NCBI GenBank assembly: GCA_963729715.1
Contig: CAVSPA010000010.1
Coordinates: 128,001 to 192,000 of the forward strand
Direction of reading: 5' to 3'
DNA: 64,000 nt
Source of the DNA: an uncultured delta proteobacterium
GTDB lineage: Bacteria > Desulfobacterota > Syntrophia > Syntrophales > UBA2185
In this document: piece after piece, positions 1-9,798 of the stretch
Numbering within the stretch: position 1 is the stretch's first letter
Layout: every line of letters begins with the position of its first letter
Position numbers and translations under genes: made by a program
The notes under the pieces: model-generated
Databases searched by the model: none
Told to the model about the DNA's origin: nothing
Seen by the model: the letters and a program-made list of their open reading frames with translations, nothing else

Positions 1-349
1 TGTGCTTGCCTCGATATTGCCGCCCCAAGAGTTTGAGTGCTTTTTCCACTGCTTGGTGTGATTCCCAACAAGCGAGTCCGAATGCAGGCTGCCGCACTTC
101 TGTCATACGTTCTGCCGATGCCATGAGGTGAGATGAAATATTTCTGGCAAGTTCTTGTCTGTACCACCGCGTAATGGCCCGATGGACAAATCCATCGATA
201 TCGAGGATGCAGACATCAACAAACTCATGGGCGGCCAGCAGGATTCGATCTGGGATTGGAACCCGTAGATTGCTGAGACGTGCATCGATGAGGGTCATCC
301 ATTCCCTAACGGCTTGTTCGAACAATGCGTTTTTAGATTCATTATTCAT
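1..349 (-). CDS. HEPN-domain protein, 3'-truncated by the window edge (not in ORF track)
   Basis: Manual translation from ATG at 349, open to base 1: MNNESKNALFEQAVREW...FGLACWESHQAVEKALKLLGRQYRGKH. ACWESHQAVEKALK matches the HEPN helix motif a.f.sqQavEKaLK. Confidence 0.75.
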   Translation of the reverse strand, partial: MNNESKNALFEQAVREWMTLIDARLSNLRVPIPDRILLAAHEFVDVCILDIDGFVHRAITRWYRQELARNISSHLMASAERMTEVRQPAFGLACWESHQAVEKALKLLGRQYRGKH

Positions 350-405
350 GCAGAGTGTCCATGCAGGGTCCGTAGGAAGCCAATCGAAAATGGCACTTCA
401 AATTG

Positions 406-738
406 TTAGGCGGTATTATTCTTTTCTTTCTTGATCTTGAAGGCAAGAATAGAAGCTACAGCAATCCCGATTGTGACAACATTAATGATTGACCATAACT
501 TTCTGTTCAGGTGTATCCGAAAAATCGGGTTATAAACCAAAGCCGTGATTCCCAAAACCCACACCCAGCGCTGCTTTTCGTGTTCGTGCGCTTGGAAGGC
601 GAGGTAGGCGAATATCCCGCAGCAAACCCAGCGTAGCAACATGTAGTAGCCGTAGGGATTGTCCGGGTTCAGCGCCCAGAGTAGCATTAGGCTCGCGATA
701 ACCTGTGGAATCCAAATTCTTAGAGATGAACTCTCCAT
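406..738 (-). CDS. Small membrane protein, DUF6804-like
   Basis: PYGYYMLLRWV and YNPIFRIHL..W..I motifs; four hydrophobic segments. Confidence 0.7.
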   Translation of the reverse strand: MESSSLRIWIPQVIASLMLLWALNPDNPYGYYMLLRWVCCGIFAYLAFQAHEHEKQRWVWVLGITALVYNPIFRIHLNRKLWSIINVVTIGIAVASILAFKIKKEKNNTA

Positions 739-753
739 AAAAGCTTCTTGTCA

Positions 754-1341
754 TTATTTCTCTGCTTGCCCAGCTGGAGCCGGAGCGGGTGCTTCTTGCT
801 GTCTTTCCTTTGGAAAAACCTCATCAATGATGGACGATCTCTTTCGTTCCCTGCATTCCTCGAAACGTTGAAATATTTCCTCCTCGGTGTCCAGCCGTTT
901 TTGTCCAAGATACATCCTGTCAATAGTTTTGAGATATTCGATTTCTGATGTCGAGAGATTTATCAACGTGTAATCGATCACAATGGACTCCCCGCCCGAT
1001 TTCCTGTCCTCCCTCCAGTAGGGCCGGAATTTCAACATATGACTCGCTCCGGTTATGTGACCGATTTTTGCGTAATCTTCCGACGTGAGGCCGCTGGCGA
1101 TAAGTTTTTTCTCATCGAGAACATTTGCCAAATTGCTTCTATCTACGATTGGAATGTTGGAATAACGCATTGCCATCTTGATAATATCCTTCTCGGTCTC
1201 TTTGCAGAAATCATGATCCACCCCCTCGCATAGAAGGACAATTGATTTGAGATTCTTGATTCTGCCACAATCGAGCGCCCCCACATCGATGGTCCAAATG
1301 GTCAGTGTCGTGACGGCAATAAGTAGAAATATCTTCTTCAT
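754..1341 (-). CDS. Secreted protein with CsgG/HfaB (LpoB-like) domain
   Basis: N-terminal signal peptide; IVDRSNLANVLDE..L..SGL....AKIGHITGA resembles the CsgG-family vvER..l..il.E..l..sGl...a.iG.l.Ga motif. Confidence 0.55.
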   Translation of the reverse strand: MKKIFLLIAVTTLTIWTIDVGALDCGRIKNLKSIVLLCEGVDHDFCKETEKDIIKMAMRYSNIPIVDRSNLANVLDEKKLIASGLTSEDYAKIGHITGASHMLKFRPYWREDRKSGGESIVIDYTLINLSTSEIEYLKTIDRMYLGQKRLDTEEEIFQRFEECRERKRSSIIDEVFPKERQQEAPAPAPAGQAEK

Positions 1342-1367
1342 GTGACTTCACACTTTCTCGGTCGACG

Positions 1368-1868
1368 TCATTCTTCGGATATCATTTCTTCCGATGCAAG
1401 CTGGATCTTTAATGCCCACTCCCTTATGAGATCCTCGATATTGTTTGGCAGTCGGTCCGGTGGGTCCTGATCCAGATACGGGCTCACCAGGTCCGCCCTC
1501 ACCAGCTCGTCGGCCTGGTTTCTCGGGAGCCCTCTCTCTTCCAGCTTGTACTCCGCGATCTCAGCCCTCTCTGCCACTCGGTCGAGCTCCTTTTCCAGCC
1601 TGTCATCCAGGAACATCCTCCACAAGTCTTTTGGCCCGTTGGCCAGAAGGTACTCCAGATGGTCGCTCCAGTACCGGCTGGCTTTCGGATTGTCCAATAT
1701 CTCTTCTGCTGCCTGTAACACCCTCTCTGTCTCTTTTGTCTTCCGTGGCTTCAACAAGCCCTTGCGCTTCAATCTCTCCAAGAATATCGGAGCCAACTTT
1801 TCCGCTACTCGCTTCGATTGCTGTGCGGTCAATTCCTTCTTCTTCGGCCTCGGGACATCCTTTTTCAT
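1368..1868 (-). CDS. Hypothetical protein with TnpV-like region
   Basis: HLEYLLANGPKDLWRMFLDDRLEKELDRVAERA...NQADELVRADLV resembles TnpV (hl.YL...p......L...L.....A...AeEiV..eli); basic N-terminus. Confidence 0.45.
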   Translation of the reverse strand: MKKDVPRPKKKELTAQQSKRVAEKLAPIFLERLKRKGLLKPRKTKETERVLQAAEEILDNPKASRYWSDHLEYLLANGPKDLWRMFLDDRLEKELDRVAERAEIAEYKLEERGLPRNQADELVRADLVSPYLDQDPPDRLPNNIEDLIREWALKIQLASEEMISEE

Positions 1869-1925
1869 GGGAGCACCCCTTCCGAATGGTAGAAATACTG
1901 TGTAAGGAAACGGTTTGGTTAAAGG

Positions 1926-2087
1926 TTACTTCTTGGATTTCTTATCTTGCCGATCGTATTTCTTGAGAAGGTCCTGGATGGCCTCTTCCAGGAGATCATT
2001 AAGAGGTTTTTCGAGGTCAATAGCGAGTTTTTTAATCTCCTTCTGGAGATCGTTTTCGATTCTTGTTGATAGGTTTTTTCGAGCCAT
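1926..2087 (-). CDS. Ribbon-helix-helix DNA-binding protein, 53 aa (below ORF-track cutoff)
   Basis: MARKNLSTRIENDLQKEIKKLAIDLEKPLNDLLEEAIQDLLKKYDRQDKKSKK: alternating beta strand followed by the typical RHH LLEEAI.DLLKKY helix. Confidence 0.85.
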   Translation of the reverse strand: MARKNLSTRIENDLQKEIKKLAIDLEKPLNDLLEEAIQDLLKKYDRQDKKSKK

Positions 2088-2115
2088 GACTGAAGGCTAT
2101 AGAATAATCTTGCAA

Positions 2116-2140
2116 AATGCAACAAGAAATATGTTGCATT
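2116..2140. promoter_or_regulatory. Inverted repeat, candidate operator between divergent element genes
   Basis: AATGCAACA-7 bp-TGTTGCATT perfect 9-bp arms, about 30 bp upstream of the RHH start. Confidence 0.5.
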
Positions 2141-2225
2141 GTTCATTATATCGTGCTATCTGTATATCATACTTTACAGATGTTCACTCTCCAGACCATA
2201 GACAAATGAATAGTAAGCAAACAGA

Positions 2226-2304
2226 TAAGCCTGAAGATACCCCATGTGGTGACGCATGGGGCGGGTAGTCTATGCCCGGGAGATGTCTTCAGGTTTAATT
2301 TTTT
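2226..2304 (+). ncRNA. Candidate C4/CI-type antisense RNA (three-stem junction)
   Basis: Outer stem 2227-2239/2284-2296; hairpin CCCCATGTG-GTGA-CGCATGGGG (GNRA loop); hairpin CGGGTA-GTCTA-TGCCCG; followed by a T-run; complementary sites at 2189-2203 and 2404-2418. Confidence 0.6.
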
Positions 2305-2322
2305 ATGAAAGGAGATGAGGAA

Positions 2323-2538
2323 ATGACAAAGGAAAAAACAATTAACAAAAGTGAAGGTGTCGAAGTCGATGCCACGGACAATCTAAATCGTTGTGCGTGG
2401 AAACTCCAGGGAATAGCCGGGTTGTTTTTTGACCAGCAGGACACAGGAAAGACTCTATCTCGAGATGAGGTGAATGGGATTTCATTTCTTCTCGATCAAA
2501 TCGCTGATGATATTCTGGAGAACACAGAAAAACTTTAA
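2323..2538 (+). CDS. Small hypothetical protein of the element
   Basis: ATG preceded by AAGGAGATGAGG RBS; 71-aa ORF. Confidence 0.6.
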   Translation: MTKEKTINKSEGVEVDATDNLNRCAWKLQGIAGLFFDQQDTGKTLSRDEVNGISFLLDQIADDILENTEKL

Positions 2539-2571
2539 CTCATCAACCGCGGAAAGGAGAGCAAGAGGACT

Positions 2572-2799
2572 ATGAAAAAAGTGACAAATATTTCTGAAGC
2601 TGTAGCGGAAGCAAAAAGGACAAAAATAGATCATCTTTTGGCTATGACAAGGGAAGTCCTGGAATCTGATAGTCAATTTTCTGAAATTCTGACCACAAAT
2701 ATCTTGTGCTGGAAAGAGACGGTAGATAATGAAAGACGAGTAAGAGCACTTGAGCTTAAAATGGGAATCGTTCCGGCCGCTCGGATTGTAAAAAAGTGA
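2572..2799 (+). CDS. Small hypothetical protein of the element
   Basis: RBS GAGG before ATG; 75 aa; same strand as neighbours. Confidence 0.6.
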   Translation: MKKVTNISEAVAEAKRTKIDHLLAMTREVLESDSQFSEILTTNILCWKETVDNERRVRALELKMGIVPAARIVKK

Positions 2800-2920
2800 A
2801 TCTGAATGGGGGCGGCGGGCAAGAACCGAGCGCGTCACGGGTTACGTGGCCGGCACGGAAAAGGACTCCCCTGGTCCCTGCCCGTGGCAGAACTCAGGAA
2901 GAAAGTGAGGGACTTTAATT

Positions 2921-4126
2921 ATGGGAACGATTTATAAGAGAGGCAAGATTTTATGGATCAAGTATCATCGTGCCGGCAAGCCATATTACGAGAGCACTAA
3001 GAGCTCAAAAGAGGCCAACGCAAGACGGCTCCTGAAAAGGCGAGAAGGTGAAATCGCAGACGGTAAATTGCCGGGAATTTATTTTGACAAGATCCTCTAT
3101 GACGAACTTGCCGCGGATCTCCTGAATGACTACGAACTCAACGGCCGGAAAAGTCTCAACCGATTGAAGATCAGCTTGGAGCATCTTGAGAAATCTTTCA
3201 CTGGATATCGCGTCGTGAATATCTCGACGGCCAGGATCAAGGCCTACATCGATCATCGACTTGAAGAGGGCGCGGCTCATGGGACAATTAACAGAGAGCT
3301 CGCCGCTTTGAAAAGAATGATGGTGATAGGCTCCCAGAGTACCCCGCCAAAAGTCAATCGCGTTCCGTTTCTTCCCATGTTGAAAGAGAGTAATGTACGG
3401 AAGGGATTTTTTGAGCATGGGGATTTTATCGCTCTAAGAAATTCCTTGCCGGCATACTTGGCAGGGCTTGTCACGTTTGCCTATAAAACAGGATGGAGGC
3501 TGTCGGAGATAACCGGGTTGACATGGGATCGGGTTGATCTCGATAACGGAATAGTAACCCTGAATCCGGGGGAAACGAAAAACGATCAAGGCCGGACGGT
3601 TTACCTTGATGAAGAATTGCGGAAGACGTTCGTGGCGCTATTGGAAAGCCGGAAGAAAGGCTCCTCTGTTCTGCCCCAGGTATTTTTGAATGAGGACGGA
3701 AAGGATTGCGTGAAGAGATTTGACAAGGCATGGGCCTCGGCATGTATCAAAGCAGGTTTTTGGGCCTGGGGCGAAGATGGAAAGCACAAAATACCCACGA
3801 AGCTCTTTCACGATCTCAGGAGAACGGCTGTCAGGAACATGGTCAGGGCTGGAATACCTGAACGCGTTGCAATGATGATCTCAGGGCATAAAACAAGGTC
3901 AGTCTTTGACCGATACAACATCGTAAGTGATACCGATTTGAAAGAGGCTTCGAACCGTCAAAAGTTGTATCTTGAAAGCCAAACCGTTACAAAAACCGTT
4001 ACAGTCATGGATTTCGAGAGGGGAAAAGGAAACAAAGCAGTACCTAAGCCTGCGGAAATACTGGTGGGCCGTATGGGACTTGAACCCACGACCAACGGAT
4101 TAAAAGTCCGCTGCTCTACCAACTGA
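2921..4126 (+). CDS. Tyrosine recombinase / phage integrase
   Basis: N-terminal arm-binding region (GTIYKRGKILWIKY); catalytic residues TGWR, ETK, HDLRR, SGH, DRY all present. Confidence 0.95.
   Translation: MGTIYKRGKILWIKYHRAGKPYYESTKSSKEANARRLLKRREGEIADGKLPGIYFDKILYDELAADLLNDYELNGRKSLNRLKISLEHLEKSFTGYRVVNISTARIKAYIDHRLEEGAAHGTINRELAALKRMMVIGSQSTPPKVNRVPFLPMLKESNVRKGFFEHGDFIALRNSLPAYLAGLVTFAYKTGWRLSEITGLTWDRVDLDNGIVTLNPGETKNDQGRTVYLDEELRKTFVALLESRKKGSSVLPQVFLNEDGKDCVKRFDKAWASACIKAGFWAWGEDGKHKIPTKLFHDLRRTAVRNMVRAGIPERVAMMISGHKTRSVFDRYNIVSDTDLKEASNRQKLYLESQTVTKTVTVMDFERGKGNKAVPKPAEILVGRMGLEPTTNGLKVRCSTN
3981..4003 (+). repeat. Tandem 11-bp direct repeat, candidate integrase arm-type binding sites
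   Basis: AAACCGTTACA at 3981 and 3993, about 60 bp from the tRNA 3' end. Confidence 0.55.
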
Positions 4127-4137
4127 GCTAACGGCCC
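4062..4137 (-). tRNA. tRNA-Lys (anticodon UUU), integration target
   Basis: Reverse complement GGGCCGTTAGCTCAGTTGGTAGAGCAGCGGACTTTTAATCCGTTGGTCGTGGGTTCAAGTCCCATACGGCCCACCA: 76-nt cloverleaf with CCA end. Confidence 0.97.
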
Positions 4138-4208
4138 CACCCATGATATAATTTTTTAAGCTTGCCCTCTTACTAAGAAGACTCTTGAATTGTCAAGAAA
4201 AAAAGGGG

Positions 4209-5522
<1,314 letters not shown>

Positions 5523-7115
5523 CTACATCTCCAGTTGCGTAACGGAGATGATATTGGGCAGATTGCGGAGTTTATCGAGAACATCCCGATTTACCATCGT
5601 ATCCGTCGTCAGGACTACGAGCGCCTCTCCGTCGATCTGCTCACGGCTCAAGTGGAGTCTCGCAATATTAACATTGTTGCTTCCGAGGCTTGTGCCAAGA
5701 TTGCCGATAACTCCGGGTTTGTCGTAGTTGGATACTACCAGCATATGCCCCTCCGGGATTACCTCGACAGTAAATTTGTTGATCCTGACGATTCTAAGAT
5801 ACTGCCTGCCGAAAATGGTGCCCACCGCATAGCCGGCTTCATGGGCAGTTTTGACCGTCAGCGATATCATACTCGTATAATCCTTTGCCTCGCTGCTTTT
5901 TGACTCGACAACCCTGATGCCGCGTTCCTTGGCGATGAGAGGCGCGTTTATGTAATTAACGCTCTCATTCAGTATAGGCGTCAAAAGCCCCTTGAGCAGG
6001 GAAATGGTTATGGGAGCGACATTGTAATTCAGGATATCTCCGCTGTACTCTACTGTGACCTCGTTGATGCCGCCCTTAACCAATTGCGCCTCGAATGTCC
6101 CCATTTTCTCCGCGAGGTCTAGGTAGGGCTGGATAACAGTCAGCAGTTCGGCGCTTACAGATGGGAAATTAACGGCATTTTTAATTTCTCCTTTTGTGAG
6201 AAAGTTTACTATCTGCTCGGCGATGGCGATGGCCACATTGACCTGGGCTTCGTCAGTCGACGCGCCCAGATGGGGAGTGCAGATTACGTTGCCGAGAGCA
6301 AGGAGCTCTTTATTTTTTGTCGGTTCTTCTTCAAAAACATCGAGGGCGGCGCCGGCAACTTTTCCCGAGGTGAGCGCGTCATAGAGGTCCTTTTCATTTA
6401 TGATACCACCACGCGCGCAATTTATCACATAAACGCCTTTTTTCATCTTGGCGAAAGCCTTAGCATCGATTATGCCCCTCGTCTCCTTTGTCATGGGGGT
6501 ATGGACTGAGATAAAGTCGGACTTCTGCAGCAGTTCATCCAAATTGGCGAGCGTGATCCCCAGCTTTCCGGCCGCCTCCGGTGAGATGAAAGGGTCATAG
6601 GCGACAACATTCATCTTCAGACCCATGGCCCTGTCGGCAACGATGGTGCCGACGCGTCCGATACCGATGATACCGAGGGTTTTATTATATAATTCTGTCC
6701 CCATGAATTTATTTTTTTCCCACTTTCCACCTTTCATGGACGCCGTGGCCTGGGGTATCTTTCTCGCGAGGGAAAACATCATGGCTATGGTATGTTCACC
6801 GGTGGTGATGGTATTGCCTCCGGGGGTATTCATGCAGACGATGCCCCTCTTGCTCGCCGCGGCAATATCCACGTTATCGAGGCCGATTCCCGCCCGCCCG
6901 ATTACAGAGAGCTTCTCCGCGTGGTCGATGATCTCCTTGGTGACCTTCGTAGCGCTCCTGATGGCCAGCCCGTCATAATCCTTGATGATGCCTTTTAGTT
7001 CGTCCGGTGTGAGGTTTGTCATTACATCGACCTCAATGTCCGGTGCGTTCTTGAGTATTTCAATGCCCTCGGCAGCCAGGGTATCGCTTACGAGAACTTT
7101 CTTCATGTTCGTCAT
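5523..7115 (-). CDS. serA: D-3-phosphoglycerate dehydrogenase (long form with ACT domain)
   Basis: GRAGIGLDNVD, GIIGIGRVG, TPHLGASTDEAQ; C-terminal DKPGVIG ACT domain. Confidence 0.97.
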   Translation of the reverse strand: MTNMKKVLVSDTLAAEGIEILKNAPDIEVDVMTNLTPDELKGIIKDYDGLAIRSATKVTKEIIDHAEKLSVIGRAGIGLDNVDIAAASKRGIVCMNTPGGNTITTGEHTIAMMFSLARKIPQATASMKGGKWEKNKFMGTELYNKTLGIIGIGRVGTIVADRAMGLKMNVVAYDPFISPEAAGKLGITLANLDELLQKSDFISVHTPMTKETRGIIDAKAFAKMKKGVYVINCARGGIINEKDLYDALTSGKVAGAALDVFEEEPTKNKELLALGNVICTPHLGASTDEAQVNVAIAIAEQIVNFLTKGEIKNAVNFPSVSAELLTVIQPYLDLAEKMGTFEAQLVKGGINEVTVEYSGDILNYNVAPITISLLKGLLTPILNESVNYINAPLIAKERGIRVVESKSSEAKDYTSMISLTVKTAHEAGYAVGTIFGRQYLRIVRINKFTVEVIPEGHMLVVSNYDKPGVIGNLGTSLGSNNVNIARLHLSREQIDGEALVVLTTDTMVNRDVLDKLRNLPNIISVTQLEM

Positions 7116-7159
7116 CCTCCTAAATTAATTAATGAGATATTTTGATGATCCAAATGAAA

Positions 7160-8287
7160 TCACAATTCTTTAATTTTCTGCATATAAACCTTTTCCATTT
7201 CCGTGAGGGCGTATTTAATATCTTCCGATTGGATCGTCGGGCCGCACCAGAAGCGGAACCCCGGCGGGGCATCCCTGTACGAATTTATGTCGTGCGCAAT
7301 ATTCTTCTTGGAGAGTTCGCTGGAAATGCTCTTTAAGAACTTTGCCTGATCGTCCTTGGAGAGCTTGCGGACTTTTTCACCGGTTACGGAGAGGCACACG
7401 GATGTGCTCGATCGCGTGCCTTTTGAAGCCGCAAGGAAATCTATCCAATCATTTCTTCCGGCCCATTCTTCCACGGCCTTAAGGTTTTTCTCGCTCCTCT
7501 CTATGAGACCGGCCAGTCCTATTTCCTTTGCCCAGTTGAGGGCATCGAGGTAGTCTTCTACACAGAGCATGGAAGGAGTATTGATGGTGTCGCCTTCAAA
7601 GATCGCTTTATCGACCTTGCCGCCTTTTTTCATCCGGAACACCTTGGGAAGCGGCCAGGGCGGATCGTAAGTCTCTATGCGCTGTACGGCCCTTGGACTT
7701 AATATGAGCATGCCGTGGGCGGCTTCACCGCCGAGGCATTTCTGCCAGGAGTACGTCAGCACGTCAACTTTTGACCAGTCGATGGTCATGGCAAATACGG
7801 CGCTTGTGGCATCGCAGATGGATAGACCCTCACGATCTTTTGGAATCCAATTCCAGTCGGGGATTCTTACGCCGCTCGTTGTTCCATTTGCAACAAAAAC
7901 GCAATCATTGGACCAGTCGACTGACGTGAGATCCGGTATTTCCCCGTAATCTGCTTTCAGAATAGTGGGGTTCAGTTTCAAATGTTTGGTGATATCCGTC
8001 GCCCAACCTGCAGAAAAACTCTCCCAGACAAGTACCGTAACAGGCCTGGGCCCTAAAAGGGTCCACATGGCTGCTTCAAAAGCGCCCGTGTCCGATGCAG
8101 GCATTATTCCGATAAGGTAATCCTGCGGGATTCCCAGTATCTCCCTGCTTTGGGCTATGGCTTTTACCAATTTTTGCTTTCCGAGGGACGAACGATGGGA
8201 CCTGCCGACCGCTGCGTTCTTGAGGAAATCAAGACTCCAGTGGGGCCTCTTGCTGCAAGGCCCGGAACTAAAATTTGGATTATGCAT
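7160..8287 (-). CDS. serC: Phosphoserine aminotransferase (Methanosarcina/alphaproteobacterial type)
   Basis: NFSSGPCSKRP, GRSHRS, DATSAVFA, SWQK (PLP lysine), TINTPSML; adjacent to serA. Confidence 0.95.
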   Translation of the reverse strand: MHNPNFSSGPCSKRPHWSLDFLKNAAVGRSHRSSLGKQKLVKAIAQSREILGIPQDYLIGIMPASDTGAFEAAMWTLLGPRPVTVLVWESFSAGWATDITKHLKLNPTILKADYGEIPDLTSVDWSNDCVFVANGTTSGVRIPDWNWIPKDREGLSICDATSAVFAMTIDWSKVDVLTYSWQKCLGGEAAHGMLILSPRAVQRIETYDPPWPLPKVFRMKKGGKVDKAIFEGDTINTPSMLCVEDYLDALNWAKEIGLAGLIERSEKNLKAVEEWAGRNDWIDFLAASKGTRSSTSVCLSVTGEKVRKLSKDDQAKFLKSISSELSKKNIAHDINSYRDAPPGFRFWCGPTIQSEDIKYALTEMEKVYMQKIKEL

Positions 8288-8437
8288 ACTTTACTATCTC
8301 CTGATTTTTTTTATAGACATTGAAATATATCAGCATTGAAATGATTACTCAAGATTTTTTGAATTAGTTTCGTATTGACTGCTGGATTAAAAAAACATAT
8401 GTTCATGCTATATTAGAGCATTAATAGGGTTATTTGA

Positions 8438-9796
8438 TTGAAAAAGATTAAAACTGCCTTTTTTTGTCAGAACTGTGGCCACCAGTCACTAAAATGGCTG
8501 GGCAAGTGTCCCTCGTGCGAGGAATGGAACCGATTTGCCGAGGAAGAAATAAGGGCCATTGACCCCGCGGGTCCCGCGGGCATAGAGTTCAACGAATCCC
8601 CCTTGCCCATTGATGAAATCGTTGCCGATGAAAAAGAAAGGATGACTACGGGAATTGCGGAAATGGACAGGGTTCTCGGCGGCGGTATCGTAAACGGATC
8701 GGTTACTCTCGTCGGTGGCGACCCCGGCATCGGCAAATCGACGCTGCTTCTCCAGGTGGTCCACAATCTCGCGGAAAAGGATTTGAAGATCCTTTACATC
8801 TCCGGTGAGGAATCGGCAAAGCAGATAAAGCTCCGGGGCAAAAGGATCGGGGCCTCATCAAAAAACCTTTTCGTCCTGGTTGAGATTGACCTCGATAACA
8901 TTGTCAAACATATAAAGGAGATATCGCCTAGGGCTGTGGTAATTGATTCCATTCAAACCATGTATTCACCGGTCCTCACGTCCGCGCCGGGAAGCGTCGG
9001 GCAGGTCAGGGAGTCATCAGCACGTCTCATTCTCCTTGCAAAAAAGACAGGCATTCCCGTCTTTCTTGTCGGGCATGTGACCAAGGACGGCTCCATAGCA
9101 GGCCCGAAGGTGCTGGAACATATGGTGGATACGGTACTCTATTTCGAAGGTGACTCGAGTCATGCATATCGTATCATCAGGGCCATAAAGAACAGATTCG
9201 GGCCGACCAATGAAATCGGTGTTTTTGAAATGAGCAGCAACGGTTTAAATGAAGTTGCGAACCCCTCGGCATTTTTCCTGACGGAACGGCCGGAAGGGGC
9301 GCCGGGTTCCGTGGTTGTGCCGAGCATTGAAGGCACCAGGCCGATCCTTATAGAGATCCAATCCCTCGTCAATCCGACCAGCTTCGGTATGCCGCGCAGG
9401 ACGGCCATCGGGGTGGACCATAATCGGGTGGCCTTGCTTGCCGCTGTTATGGATAAGATGTGCGGATTCCGTCTCAGTGGACATGATATTTTTATCAATG
9501 TGGCAGGCGGCATGAAGGTGGACGAGCCGGCGGTTGACATGGGAATTGTTGCATCCATGGCCTCCAGTTTTCTCGACAAACCTATCGATAAAGGCACGGT
9601 GGTATTTGGTGAGGTGGGTCTTGCAGGTGAGGTGAGGGGGATCTCGCAAATGGATGTCAGGATCAAGGAGTCGGCCCGCATGGGATTTGTGCGCTGCATC
9701 ATGCCTCAGACCTCCTCCCGAAACGTATCCGCAGAGAAAAAGATGGAGTGTATCAGGGTCAACAGTCTGAAAAAACTTCTGGAGTGTCTCTTCTGA
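8438..9796 (+). CDS. radA: DNA repair protein RadA/Sms
   Basis: CQNCG..KWLGKCPSC zinc finger, GDPGIGKSTL Walker A, KNRFG motif. Confidence 0.98.
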   Translation: MKKIKTAFFCQNCGHQSLKWLGKCPSCEEWNRFAEEEIRAIDPAGPAGIEFNESPLPIDEIVADEKERMTTGIAEMDRVLGGGIVNGSVTLVGGDPGIGKSTLLLQVVHNLAEKDLKILYISGEESAKQIKLRGKRIGASSKNLFVLVEIDLDNIVKHIKEISPRAVVIDSIQTMYSPVLTSAPGSVGQVRESSARLILLAKKTGIPVFLVGHVTKDGSIAGPKVLEHMVDTVLYFEGDSSHAYRIIRAIKNRFGPTNEIGVFEMSSNGLNEVANPSAFFLTERPEGAPGSVVVPSIEGTRPILIEIQSLVNPTSFGMPRRTAIGVDHNRVALLAAVMDKMCGFRLSGHDIFINVAGGMKVDEPAVDMGIVASMASSFLDKPIDKGTVVFGEVGLAGEVRGISQMDVRIKESARMGFVRCIMPQTSSRNVSAEKKMECIRVNSLKKLLECLF

Positions 9797-9798
9797 TT

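Larger units (their letters stand above)
1..4137. mobile_element. Right-hand end of an integrative element (genomic island / prophage-satellite-like) inserted at tRNA-Lys; left end lies outside the window
   Basis: Tyrosine integrase abuts and overlaps the 3' end of a tRNA; upstream cargo is small hypothetical, RHH, HEPN and TnpV-like genes; housekeeping purA starts on the other side of the tRNA. Confidence 0.85.

Noticed and set aside
103..434. Listed ORFs 103-285 (-) and 174-434 (+)
   Set aside because: Shadows of the HEPN-like ORF at 1-349 (-)
1919..2146. Listed 75-aa minus-strand ORF
   Set aside because: No recognisable features; an overlapping frame (1926-2087) encodes a convincing RHH protein
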